In this document: piece by piece, positions 1-12,044 of the stretch
Numbering within the stretch: position 1 is the first letter of the stretch
Layout of the letters: each line of letters starts with the position of its first letter
NCBI RefSeq assembly: GCF_037042905.1
Contig: NC_087246.1
Location: 66,464,001-66,528,000, forward strand
Reading direction: 5' to 3'
Source: Lytechinus pictus
Lineage: Eukaryota
Length of the DNA stretch: 64,000 nucleotides
The notes under the pieces: generated by a model
What the model was told of the DNA's origin: nothing
Database searches by the model: none
The model's input: only the letters and a program-made list of their open reading frames with translations
Translations under genes and position numbers: made by a program

Positions 1-52
1 ATGTACAAAAGAAAACAACAATAGAATAGTTCAACATCTTCAGAAGATAGGG
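1..52 (+). CDS. Putative internal exon (5' truncated by window) of an unidentified plus-strand gene; ...CTKENNNRIVQHLQKIG
   Basis: Open frame from nt 2 to a GGG|gtaagg donor at 53; phase 0 matches the only open frame of the exon at 645. No homology recognised. Confidence 0.35.
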
Positions 53-644
53 GTAAGGCATGTAGAGATGGAGTGGGGAAGGGGCTGTCTATGATCATAC
101 ATCTTGGTAGCATACCAAAAGCTCATTCTCGTCTTTTTCAACAACTTGGAGAGGCCTATGTCACAGAGACTTAACTACATGTAGATTTAAACTATGGCAG
201 GCAGATGATGTCACAATTTGCTTTCCAATCATTCTCCTTCTCACCGGGGGAGGGGGGGGGGGGTAATTCAGAGGGGGATTATCTTCTTAAGTCAAGCACA
301 CAAGATTTGTCATCATAATGGTGGCATCATTCTGTACATATTTATTCTCCCATCATTCTATATTCTACTATTTTGATACAATCTTTTGATTCCCTATGAA
401 ATGGGACAAAATGCATTTTTCATATTTGTTTAATAGTTCACTATATCTGTCCCTAGTCTTCCAAGGGTAATTACTTCAATTTTCATTTGTATTTGTATTT
501 TGGATTTCTTTGGCAGAATGAAATAATAACAACATTCAAAAATATGACTGAAGAATTGATACATAAACCTTTGATAAAATATATAAGAATAAATACATGT
601 CCATTAGTAATTTGCAATGACCATTTGATTTTTTTTTTATTCAG

Positions 645-793
645 AAGAAACAGAATGTTTGGAAGTACCTCTGGCAGTGTGAATGTCACAAAGTTTTGCA
701 GGAAATGAGACTACATGATCAAATAGACTGTAAGATCAAAGGCAAGGGACCGGACTGTTTAAGTAATTCAGATCTTAAGGTGATGCAGTACAG
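645..793 (+). CDS. Putative internal exon of an unidentified plus-strand gene; KKQNVWKYLWQCECHKVLQEMRLHDQIDCKIKGKGPDCLSNSDLKVMQY(R/S)
   Basis: Long T-tract acceptor (tttttttttttattcag) and consensus donor CAG|gtaagt at 794; 149 bp; only frame 0 is stop-free. Could also be non-coding. Confidence 0.5.
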
Positions 794-1006
794 GTAAGTG
801 GGTGTGGCACATTTTTTATTATAGGGGGGTTTTGTGTGGTTTTAATGACAATAATAATAATGATATCCTTTTTCTTTTCCATACCATGCTTAATAAATTG
901 CAATGATGTGTGTAATTGCTTTTACTTATAACAGAGAATTTACAATACAAAAAATTATATGGCACTTACTACTGTTTGTCATCACAGTGTTTTCTGTTTA
1001 TGATTA

Positions 1007-1605
1007 AGGACAAGTCCACCCCAACAAAAACTTGATTTGAATAAAAAGATAAAAATCCAACAAGCATAACACTGAAAATTTCATCCAAATCGGATGTAAA
1101 ATAAGAAAGTTATGACATTTTAAAGTTTCGCTTAATTTCACAAAACAGTTATATGCACATCCTGGTTGGTATGCAAATGCGGAGACTGATGACGTCATCC
1201 ACTCACTATTTCTTTTATATTTTATTATATGAAATATTAAATATTCTAATTTTCTCCTCATTGTCAAGTGAAACAGTGATTAATTCCTCCCTGAACATGT
1301 GGAATTAGCATTGTTTAATACTATATGATTCAGTCAAGTCGGTCCCTATTGTCAAATCTGTAAAAAATGAAATATTGTATAATTCAACAATAAAAAACAA
1401 ACGAAATAGTGAGTGATGGACATCGACTGACTCATTTGCATGTCACTGAGTTGTGCATATCACTGTTTTGTGAAAAATAAGTGAAACTTTAAAATGCCAT
1501 AACTTTCTTATTTTACATCCGATTTTGATGAAATTTTCAGTGTTATGCTAGTTTGATTTTTCTCTATTTATTCAAATCAACATTATGCTGGGGTGGACTT
1601 GACCT
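1007..1605. mobile_element. Foldback MITE with ~150-bp imperfect TIRs at a TTAA site (Kolobok/T2-like non-autonomous DNA transposon)
   Basis: ttaaggacaagtccacccc...ggggtggacttgacctttaa; arms such as atcggatgtaaaataagaaagttatg / cataactttcttattttacatccgat are reverse complements. Confidence 0.85.
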
Positions 1606-2317
1606 TTAATACTTGAGAATGAAAATCAAATGGGCATTTGAAAAAAAAAATTAATGAAACCCTGACTTGCCTGTATACAACTTTACACTTTCTCCACTCC
1701 CCTGGCGGCATTCCTACAACAGTTTCTAATGATAAGATAATATTCCCCTGAACACTAGGAATGACATGTTGAATGACATAGTCACTTACAGCGTAACTCT
1801 TTGTACTTCATTTATTTCATTTAATTCATTTTCAACAATATATAAACCAAGTCAATACAATTATAACACGTTCATATCGTAAACAATATACCAAGGTCAT
1901 TAAATCAACTTAGAATAGACATGTTACAAAAATTACAAAGGATCATATGATTTATAATTTGTGAAAAAATGACGATCCCACATGAGAGCAAAGCTTGTAT
2001 ATTGTGAGCTCCTCATCAGAATTCAGATTCCAAAAAAAAAAACTCTTGAAGAGTTCTGACTCAGCACTTCATGTCAATAACCCATTACTCTACACATTAC
2101 CTATGCTAGATGATAAAAAACTACAGGTGAAGTGGAAAATGATGGTTTATTGCATGTTCAGATCCAGGGGTGCCGCACCTTTGAAGATATAATGGTGCAT
2201 CCCATAGAATGCCTTCATTGTGCATCCCATATACATGTAATGGGATTACCATCTTCTTCATATTTTTTTTGCTTGCTTGTCGAATCTTTCAGACAAACTC
2301 ACACCCCAGATCCATGC

Positions 2318-3334
2318 CTGTACATCCCAACAAAAAGCTATTTTAATATCATCAAAATCAGATGTAAAGAAGAAAGTTATGACACATTGAAATTTGGTTT
2401 ATTTTGCACAGATCAGTTATATGCACAACACAGTGATATAACAAGTGGAATGCCTCTGGCCGTCTCACCTGCATCACGCGATTCAATATAGCAGCAGTGC
2501 TGATTTTGAAAACTACTATAACTCGCACAAGATGTTCAGTGATACTTGGTTACTCTTATTTCCACGTTTTATGAACTAGACCAATACACTTATAGAGATA
2601 TGATGGCAATTCAACAAATACCCCCAACGTGGCCAAAGTTCTTTGACCTTACATGACCTTTGACCTTGATCATGTGACCTGAAACTCGCACAGGATGTTC
2701 AGTGATACTTGATTACTATTATGTCCAAGTTTTATGAACTAGACCAACACACTTTCAAATTTATGGCTGTAATTCAACAAATACCACAATTTGGCCAAAG
2801 TTCATTGACCCTAAATGACCTTTGACCTTGATCATGTGACCTGAAACTTGCACAGGATGTTCAGTAATACTTGATTACTATTATGTCCAAGTTTCATGAA
2901 TCAGATCCATAAACTTTCAAAGTTATGATGGTAATTCAACAGATACCCCCAATTCGGCCAAAGCTCATTGACCCTAAATGACCTTTGACCTTGGTCATGT
3001 GACGTGAAACTCATGCAGGATGTTCAGTGATACTTGATTAACCTTATGTATAAGTTTCATGAACTAGGTCCATATATTTTCTAAGTTATGATGACATTTC
3101 AAAAACTTAACCTTAGGTTAAGATTTTGATGTTGATTCCCCCAACATGGTCTAAGTTCATTGACCCTAAATGACCTTTGACCTTGGTCATGTGACATGAA
3201 ACTCAGGCAGGATGTTCAGTAATACTTGATTAACCTTATGGCCAAGTTTCATGAACTAGGTCCATATACTTTCTAAGTTATGCTGTCATTTCAAAAACTT
3301 AACCTCAGGTTAAGATTTGGTGTTGACGCCGCCG

Positions 3335-3368
<34 letters not shown>

Positions 3369-3814
3369 CGCCGTCGGAAAAGCGGCGCCTATAGTCTCAC
3401 TCTGCTATGCAGGTGAGACAAAAATGGGAAAGTTGATGATGTCACTCAAAAACTATTTCTTTTGTATTTTATTGTATGAATCATTATTTTTTATATGCAG
3501 ATTTAAAGATAAGGAGACTCTTGTTCATATCACTATTTTAGGTTACAACATTGGCTTTTCCACATGTTCAGGGGGAATTAAACTTTGTTTCACATTATAA
3601 TGAAGAGAAAATTGACATATTTCATAAGAGTCAAACACAAAATACATGTAAATAGTGAGTGGGGGCTGATTTATACATTTGCTTACCGATCTGGATGCGC
3701 AAATAACTGGGGGTTTTGTGAAAGTAAGCCAAAATTTTAAATTCAGCATTAAGCTCATATGATTTCTCTTTTTCTTCATATCAACTTTTCATCGAGGTGG
3801 ACTTCCCCACTTAA
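2318..3814. mobile_element. Older, decayed relative of the 1007-1605 element, split by the 2441-3419 insertion
   Basis: 2318-2440 resembles the left arm (atcagatgtaaagaagaaagttatgaca...cagttatatgcaca); similarity resumes at 3421 (gatgatgtcactca...ctatttcttttgtattttatt) and ends ggtggacttccccacttaa. Confidence 0.65.
2441..3419 (-). mobile_element. Non-autonomous Helentron/DINE-1/pearl-like element with internal tandem array and (GCC)n microsatellite
   Basis: Subterminal inverted repeats gtctcacctgcat (2462-2474) / atgcaggtgagac (3407-3419); terminal hairpin 3394-3419; ~162-192-bp tandem units (tgacctttgacc at 2654, 2816, 2979, 3171); (GCC)n at ~3328-3375; flanked by A runs. Confidence 0.8.
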
Positions 3815-4120
3815 GGACATGTTCACCCCTCCCCCCCCCCCCCAGCCTCAAACAAAAAGCTAAAGTAGGAACCTGATCTTCCGAAGATGATGATTCATCC
3901 CACTCAAGGGGGAATTTTAAGCACTGTGTGGATTTAGGAGAGCTCTTAACCCCCCCCCCCATCTCATGCCCTAATCTAAATCAAGTCAAATTTTCCCCCT
4001 ATAAACTACTTTTCAGTGTGTGTCAATTACAGATCAGGTGCATCCATACTGAAAGCAAGTTGAGTGTACAAATATTATTATCATGATGAATTTCATTTAT
4101 TTGTCAGAAATCTTACATAG

Positions 4121-4337
4121 TCAAATTTTGATACACGTTTGATATATAGTTATATGCATGTAAAGTGAGATTGTCTGTCTTGTACTGGATTGTATCACAT
4201 CGTATAACATTTTATTGAATAAGAGTGGATCTGTGCCATGCAAGCCATTTTTAAGTTGCAGCAATTCAATTAACTTAATGTCTTTCTCCTTCATGATCTC
4301 CATCAATTTGTTCACATACCTCTTAAGTTTAGAGTTG
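4121..4337 (-). CDS. Candidate second exon of the MGTSCSS gene: either an 18-nt microexon (4320-4337) or a terminal exon NSKLKRYVNKLMEIMKEKDIKLIELLQLKNG...CIKI*
   Basis: Strong acceptor tttttccatcctcctcag; phase matches exon 22261-22313; internal GAG|gtatgt donor at 4319; frame stays open for 71 codons to TGA at 4121; AATAAA (minus) at 4096-4101. Confidence 0.35.
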
Positions 4338-4418
4338 CTGAGGAGGATGGAAAAACATACAAAAGGCTGCCACTAAAAAGCAAATTTGAATTCTTGACAA
4401 TACCTGGTCAGCTCATGT

Positions 4419-4500
4419 GGTGACATTTGCTCCTGTGACAACTGCTCCAGGCTTTAATTTGTCTAAGATGTAGTGTTAGGGTTGCAATATGGTTTTATGT
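4419..4500 (+). repeat. Fragment of a dispersed repeat family also seen at ~18090-18290 and ~25954-25972
   Basis: gacatttgctcctgtgacaactgctccaggc...gtctaagatgtag matches gacatttcctcctgcgacaattgctccgggc...gtctaagatgtag. Confidence 0.6.
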
Positions 4501-6757
4501 CAATCACTATTCCAATCAATTACTAGATTGTTGCCTCAACACAGCAACCGTGTTAAGTTTGGAGGGAGCGATAAGTGCACGCGAAGCATGCCAACAATTA
4601 CAGAGCACACAAAAAAATTGATTTGATTTTCTAAGATTAAAAAAAAATGATTACAAAGAAAAAAGAGCTCTAAATGGGAAAGTGATGATACAAGGTGAGG
4701 GATATTTCCTTTCCCATCCACGCAAAGCACGGAAATCTCTGTGATACATTTTGAAAAAAAAAAAGATGTGTAATTTCGCTCATATTAATTACTTCCTTTT
4801 GTATGATTAAGAAACTTGAGTGATATTCAAAATTTCAAATTAATGGAATTAAGATTCAATGTATATACTTTTTAGTATAGCACAGCCACTTGCCAAAAAT
4901 TGCTTGCTGCAAAGAAGAAATAGCAGAAATGCAGAAATTTTGTGTTTATAATGCAATTTTCAAAATTACTTTTCATACTTTACATCAATGTATACTTTAT
5001 AATCTCTGACAAGAAACACACAAGTCCCATAGCCGGAGGGGGAGGGGAAAAACGGGGTGGCAAAATGGTATGGGGAAAACAAAGGGGAAACGCAATTTCA
5101 ATATTTTTCCTGCGCGGAAAAAAAAAATTGTATTAAGAGACAGAAGAATGTCTCGTTATAAAGGTTTTTATTCTTTTGACAAAAAATAAGAAGGGAAAAC
5201 AACAAGGCTCTGCCCTTTTATTTTCTTTCTTTTTGGGAATTTTTGTGGGGCGACCGCCCCCCCCCCTTCTCATCTACGCACCTCTAAAACAGTCAGAAGA
5301 AAAGGGCATAATTACTAAGAAATTTTCATAGATGGAACATTCCATTCAATGGAAATTCTTGAATTTCTTATTCAATTCTACAGAAACCTGAATAGGAACA
5401 AAGAGAAGGGAAATGGCAATTTTCTTTCCCCAACATTCCCTCTGAATAGGAACACTTGGCAGGTACCTGTATACTGCCCTATAATAATAAAAAGGTCCCA
5501 GCAAGTTATGCAACCCTTTGTAAAGATGTAGTGGAATTTGTAATGCCACTTATTTCCATCTAGATCCACTTAGCTATAATCATGATGGAATAACCTTATC
5601 AATCATGAAAGCCTGGCTCCAGCACACATTTGTAGATTTTGTTTTCTGCAGCCGTCAATACCCAGCCCATTCCCATGCCCGCCTTTCATTTGCTGCTCAT
5701 TTCCTATATATCGATATGAATTCCCATTGGCCTTGGTTCTATGTGTAATAGAAACACTGTTACCATGGGATAGCATCATAGCAACCTAGAATGCATGATT
5801 ATAGATTCCAGCAAAGCTACACACTGCATTGATCAGCATAGCATCCTCGTTTTTCTTTTATGTATCCCCTTTTTTTAAATTGGGCTTAAATACACTTCAC
5901 ATATTTTCATGAAAGTTCTAAATATGAACAAACGAGGATATCTAGTTCAAAAATGGTGTGGGTTCCGGAGGCTGTCTGTACTGAATAATTAGTGGGTTAA
6001 TTCATTTGTCAGAACAAGTGAAGGGTGAATGTTGTCAAATATGAGGATTATTTTCATCATTAGACAAGCAATCAGCTTGTTACATTTTGATTAAAATCGT
6101 TGCCAGGGTGACCAATATCAAATTAATTTAATTGTATTCACCCAATATTGGTATCTCCAAGACAATCACACATCATTTTTTACACAAGGTTTTCATACAC
6201 GCATGTAATTATAATCAATATAGTTTTGCCTGCTAAGCAACTGGAAACATAACAAATGTTATTGATGATATTTTCACAATTCTGTAAGTAGTTTATTTCA
6301 AGCCATGCACAGTTGAGCGGTCATATATATGTATATCGTTTTTAAGAAAGCATTAATATAGAAGGTGAATTGTTATAACTCACTGGAAATCAATCTGATG
6401 ACAGAATATTTTGCTCAATACTGAGCAAGCGGAAGAGACTTAAGGATAATTATTATGATTTTTTTTTCATTTCAAATGTTGAAAGTGTACATTGTAGGCT
6501 ATCCAATGACGCAAAAAATATTTAAAAAATTTCAAGTAAATCTCAAAATATCAGCAAATTAAAAAGGGCATGATAAAAACATAGGCTAATAGTAAAAATT
6601 ACTCCAAGGTCTCATCTTGCGAGAAGCCAACAGATTTATGTTTTACAAAATAAAAAGTGCTTGGGTCTTGTAGTTCTTTATATTCAGTAAAAAAAATGTG
6701 TCTGGACTGCACTAAGTATAAGAAATGTTTTTCCTCATCAATTTATGTGGGTTTCTA

Positions 6758-7568
6758 GGGCTGCGTTTATGCGACCTCAAGCCAGAATCATGATTTGAAT
6801 CATGATTTGAATCATGATTCAAAACACAAACATGAATCACGATGTCACAGAATCAGCGTTTAGACGACCTTCATTACAATGCTGTTTCTCCTCAGATTCG
6901 GGCCAATCCAGTGCGCATCACTAGTGCGCAGTTTGACAGAGGAAGTTTTTCGCACGTGTTTCGGCTCTCGAAAAATCTTTTGCTTCCAGAATTCAGTCTA
7001 TACCTAATTTTGTTTACTTCTATAGGGTCCATATGCTTCTATTCATCTTGTTAGTTTATCCAAAATGGTGTTCGGAAGTGAATTTCAGCGTAGATCCAAT
7101 TTAATATTAACACTCTATACTCAACAACAACTGAGATCATTGTCTGTCCAGTTAATTCATTCACTAGAACTTGAAGTTGAAGACATGACCAAAAAATGAA
7201 AAGTAGTGGACGATGCGATGACCAACACAGAACTTGAACATGACAAGAAATGCATGCAGAGTAACCATGTACATACAATGAGCATATAGAGAGCCTTGAG
7301 CTTGGCAAGAGTCAAACCGAAAGTAGCCCGACACAGTGAGGTCATATAATCATGATTCAAATCACGATATCGTTTATTCGAACATTTTCATACGTGATTC
7401 TGTAGAAACGTCTTTCCAAACGCCCCTTTTTTCGTAGTTCATGTTTGTGATTCTAATCATGATTATATTCAATTTCGACTAAACGCAATCGTGATTCTGC
7501 AGAATCGTGATTTGAATCATGATTCAGATCATGATTCTAGGGTGAAAAAGTGGCGGATAAACGCACCC
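6758..7568. mobile_element. MITE with GGG...CCC termini and subterminal gaatcatgatt repeats (PIF/Harbinger-like)
   Basis: gggctgcgtttat...ataaacgcaccc; palindromic aatcatgatt units clustered at both ends; CpG-richer than flanks. TSD not cleanly preserved. Confidence 0.7.
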
Positions 7569-8399
7569 TTGGTATAAAGAGGCTGTACATTATTGGACTT
7601 TTGGAACCATGACAGCTCAGTGATTAATAAATGACACAAATCTAACTGACCACAAACTGACCATTGGTCATCCACCGTCGTCTAGCATCTTTAACTGCTA
7701 TTAACAACAAATCTGAAAAACACTTATGTTATGCACAGCAACATCAAACAGCTTAAACATCTCAGGTTTGTGATTACTTCAATTCAACAAGAGAGATAAT
7801 AACGTGTCAATATTTGACTTGTTTCTCTTCCCTTACTACAGACCTGAATAGTAGGGCAACTACTTTCCTTCTTCAATCTTTAAAAACTAAACAGTTTGAC
7901 GTCATCATGAACGTCATTAATTATTACACAATGCTGAATTGCACTTTAATGAGAAGTAAGTATGTATACTGAGTGGGATTTTCAATGAATGGTCAAGACG
8001 TTCACGCTTACAGCTTCACACGTACAATCACATGTATCTAGATCAAGAACATTTGATATTACAATGTCTTTTTCCAGGAAGGCTGGGAGGAGGGGGTGCA
8101 CTATAAAACTTTATCTTTATACAAGACAAGAAAATGCGCTTCCGTGCTTGATGATATGTCAAGATATTAAAAGAAAGGAGATGAAAATGAATTAAACTAA
8201 AGGGTTAAAAAGGTTGAGCATTATTTTGCAGGCTTGAAATTTGGGTAGTTTTGGGGCAAGCTCCCGGGGGCAAGCTACGACACCTTTCTATGGGGCAGAT
8301 TTCAAAAAAAGGACATCATATAACCACTGGCTACTTGTATATTACAATCTAATGAAACATAACCTATGTATCCTGACATAGGGAAGGCAGAGGTGCTGT

Positions 8400-8490
8400 A
8401 AGTGCCAGGTGGTCTTTATAGCACCCGACTATCATAGATAAATAAAAGTACGGGGTTTGATCCCCGGTCATGCCTTTGAACAAGACGTTT
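8400..8490 (+). mobile_element. Highly decayed tRNA-derived SINE head
   Basis: ggtggtct...gcacccgact...ggggtttgatccccggtca (B-box-like), then gcctttgaacaagac, similar to the SINE core at 23686. Confidence 0.35.
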
Positions 8491-9300
8491 TTTCAAAACT
8501 GCTTTTTTTTTAATTCTACATCAAACAAAGTTACTGAATGTGCACAGTATGGTTGTTTTTATAGAACAGAAGATTATGCTGACATCTTTTCATAAATTAC
8601 CAATGGCACTTTAGGCTAGCAGTAAATTCACAGATTCGTAATAAAGTTTTATACATTCCCTCTAAATAATCATTTTACAGGCACAGTCATAAAAGCACTA
8701 AAAGAGAGTGGATCGCTGTGTGATCAAAACAACTTGTTCATACTTGATTTTTAATGGCAAATTTAGAATGAGCTTTTTGAAATGCATAAAATCCTATAGT
8801 AAAAATGCAGTATATTCATGGTCTTGAAAGAATGCCAACCTATGAAATGAAGGAAATGGAAAAATGAAAGGGTTCCCGTGTCACAAGTGTGAAACAGGAA
8901 ATAAACTTTTTCTGTACATGTAGGTCTGTTACTGTTAGCAGTGATGCATTACTAATACTGTACATAGCAGAAACTATCATTTTATACAAACATCGATATC
9001 AAATAGTGCTGAAACCAAATGAATCTTTTCAAGTTAATAATTTGCATATATATATATAATAAAGGACTTAACAATGTCTTCAAGACAGGAGGGTCAAAGA
9101 GGCAAGTATTATCTATGTTCGTCTTCATCAAAAGATTGTTCACTTAACCTGAACAAAAAAAAAACTGAAACTGAAATATCCACTACAGAAAACACTAGTC
9201 TTTTTAACCAAATTGAAGTCAACTATGTACACTATACCTTTAGGAATATGATTTGAAACCAAAAGTAAGATTTATAAAATAAGACTGAGCAGGATAGTAT

Positions 9301-9642
9301 GTAATTGGTTTATTTCCAATTCATCTAATGCCAATTCGTCCACTCACCATTTCGTCTAATAACCAGTTGACCAAATAGACATTTAGTCCATATCATTTGG
9401 TCTAATTGGATAAAGTGCAAAAATGAAATGAATGAAAATGAAATGGATATTAGACCAACTGGTTATCAGACGAAATGGTCATAGACGAAATGGTGATTAG
9501 ACGAAGTAAAAATTTGACAAAATGGTCATTGGACCAAATGGTTGTTATACGAAATATCGATGGATGGAATGGCATTAGACTAAATGAAAGTAGACCATGT
9601 GGTACGTGGACGAGTTGGCAGTAGATGAATTGACAATTTACC
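9301..9642. mobile_element. MITE-like element made of inverted arrays of ~15-bp subrepeats
   Basis: Left arm accatttcgtcta / gccaattcgtccac mirrors right arm tagacgaaatggt / gtggacgagttggc. Confidence 0.7.
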
Positions 9643-10540
9643 ATGAAATTCAGCCCCTCATAGACCCTCAGCATTGTGGGAACTGGGAAGACCCCTTTAA
9701 CATGTTTCATAATGCTTACCCTCCCCCCCCCCCAAAAAAAAAAAAAACATCCCTAAGTCACTTTTCCTTCAAGAAGAACTGCTAGGCACACAGAAAGAAC
9801 ACTAAGTCGGTATCCACACAACACAGTAGTAGCCTCCAACATCTGCAAATAGGGTACAATGGAGCACCCAAGTGGATGCAAATTTAAACAAAAGTGGTAT
9901 CCATGGCACCGTAAACAAATGTGATCACTGCTTGGAGAATGAAACTTGATGATCTTAAAATAGATCTCTCTTCCTTGGCATAAAAAACACGCACACATCT
10001 CACTCAAATGCAAATATAACAGCATCAAATAATTGACAGCTTTTTTGGGCAGTGCGTATCCCAAATTATTAACCCCAATCAATATCAATGATGAATTCTA
10101 TTCAGGGGTGAAAGGAGCTTTGAAGCTTCCTGAGCTACCTGCTGTAGCAAAAGCAACAATTAGTGCAGGGTGGGGTTTCACAAAATTTTATTCGTGACAA
10201 AAAACTTAATTGTGACTATAAGTCACACTTAAACTCCCAGTTACATGCGTTAAAAAACACATTGACGCATTGGTCAGACAATGCTCAGAAGAATATACTA
10301 CTGTGTATTAATCCATGAGATTGTGCATTATAACATCAAGTTCAAGGGTGGCACTTAAGCATGGACTTCAAGTCAATAACTGTTTGTGAATCACCACCCA
10401 AGTCTGGATTTCAATATAACAACTTGGCTAAAAACATCCAAGGGTACAAAAAACTGTCAAATCATGAGGTGTCACAAGGTTATAAAAAAAACATAAAACA
10501 TTTCAGAATACAAGTAATCTCTGGATAATAAAACAAATAA

Positions 10541-11120
10541 TCACCGTTGGTGAAGGTGATGGGCAAACTATCACTGACGAGGCAAGCTGGATGTAGCTAT
10601 CTCTCCGAAGCGAAGCTTAGGAAAGATAGCGAGTACATCCAGCTTGCAGAGAAAGTGATAGTTTGCCTCGTCACCTGAAATCAAGAGGTGATTATATGCT
10701 TTATATTCCACATCGATCACTATAAACGAAGAAACCGATATAAATTTTTTTTTATTCAAGGTTTCCTCTGAAAAAAAAATCAATTGAAACGACTATGCTT
10801 GTTTTAATGCTAGCGCGTATGTAATCTCTGCGCAAACATCCGAGATCTTGCTTCCAACTAGATTTATTGTGACCTCACAAAGGAACTTTGCCATCAAAAC
10901 AAAACAATCGAGGGGCAATGCACTTTTTTGCGCGTATGTACACTCCGCGCATATCTAGATCTTGCGCTATCGTCACTGCAGGTGATGGAGAATGGTGGAC
11001 CCAAAAAAAATTGAGTGGCGAAATTCGCGCGTACTCAAATTACTTCAACATGCATTATGAGCCAGTGGGCTGAAAAGGGTCAGCGAGACAAAAAAGGTCC
11101 ATCATTGCAAGTGATGATTG
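10541..11120. mobile_element. CpG-rich element starting with a ~120-bp imperfect palindrome (possibly Crypton-like, non-autonomous)
   Basis: Hairpin 10554-10676 with a cgaagcgaagc centre; CpG-rich body with sharp return to AT-rich flank. Family assignment and right boundary are inference. Confidence 0.5.
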
Positions 11121-12044
11121 ATGGGGAAACTACCCTTTATCACATGACCGACTTCTGACCAATCGTATAGCAAGATTCTTAGTATGAGAAATATAACATT
11201 GGATAATGACATCTGATGAAGCATACATGTACTGTAGGCAATGCGTTAATGTCAGGCTCTGGAACAGGTCCAATTACAAAGCTCCGAGCATAAATTTGCA
11301 ATGCTCACAGAATACAGACAGAATACTTAGAACATATTCCTCAAACATGTATGAATAGCCGACGAATTTTCATTCCAACAACATTCCTGGTTATTCCAAT
11401 TCTAAGAAAATCCATTTACAATTTTTTTTATTATACAATTGAATTTTTTTTAATAATAATATTCAGTAAGATTCAAATATCAGGATAACAATTCTTACAC
11501 ATTAACATGAAACTCTTCCTAAACTATATCAGGGCTAATTACAGCATCACTGTAATCTACAAACATGATGTTCAAGTAAATTCAACCCCCCCCCCCCCGG
11601 CTAATCCCTATCCTATCTCAAAAGGTGAAAATGAAGAAAGGAGAACGTCATCAGAATAAAAAAAGAGCTCAGTGAGAAAAGGTTCCATATCCACATGATA
11701 CATGTATGAAAAATGAGTTACTGATATCAGACTATTATTGAAGTTCGAACTCAAATTCAAAAGCAACAATGAACAAATAATATGCTAATCATTACTCTAT
11801 ACACGCAAATGCCTTCATGTACAAAACATAGAAAATTTTAAACTAAACAAGTATTTTTCTCTGAATAAATGTGCAATAAAGGAGGTACTATCTTTTGGAA
11901 GCAAGGCCTTTATACTGTCAGATTTGACAAAGAACCAATTTAAAAAATGATGACCATGATTTGTCTTCCACTGTGTGACTCATGCCAGTCTACCAGGCAA
12001 GGTGGTTCTCCATCAGTCTAGGGCCCTGAAATATTAAGCTAAAA

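Noticed and set aside
2500-3320. CRISPR-like array of regularly spaced repeats
   Set aside because: Units are similar along their whole length with no unique spacers, no cas genes, eukaryotic context.
3280-3600. Poly-alanine ORF
   Set aside because: Produced by the (GCC)n microsatellite inside a transposon and crosses the element boundary.
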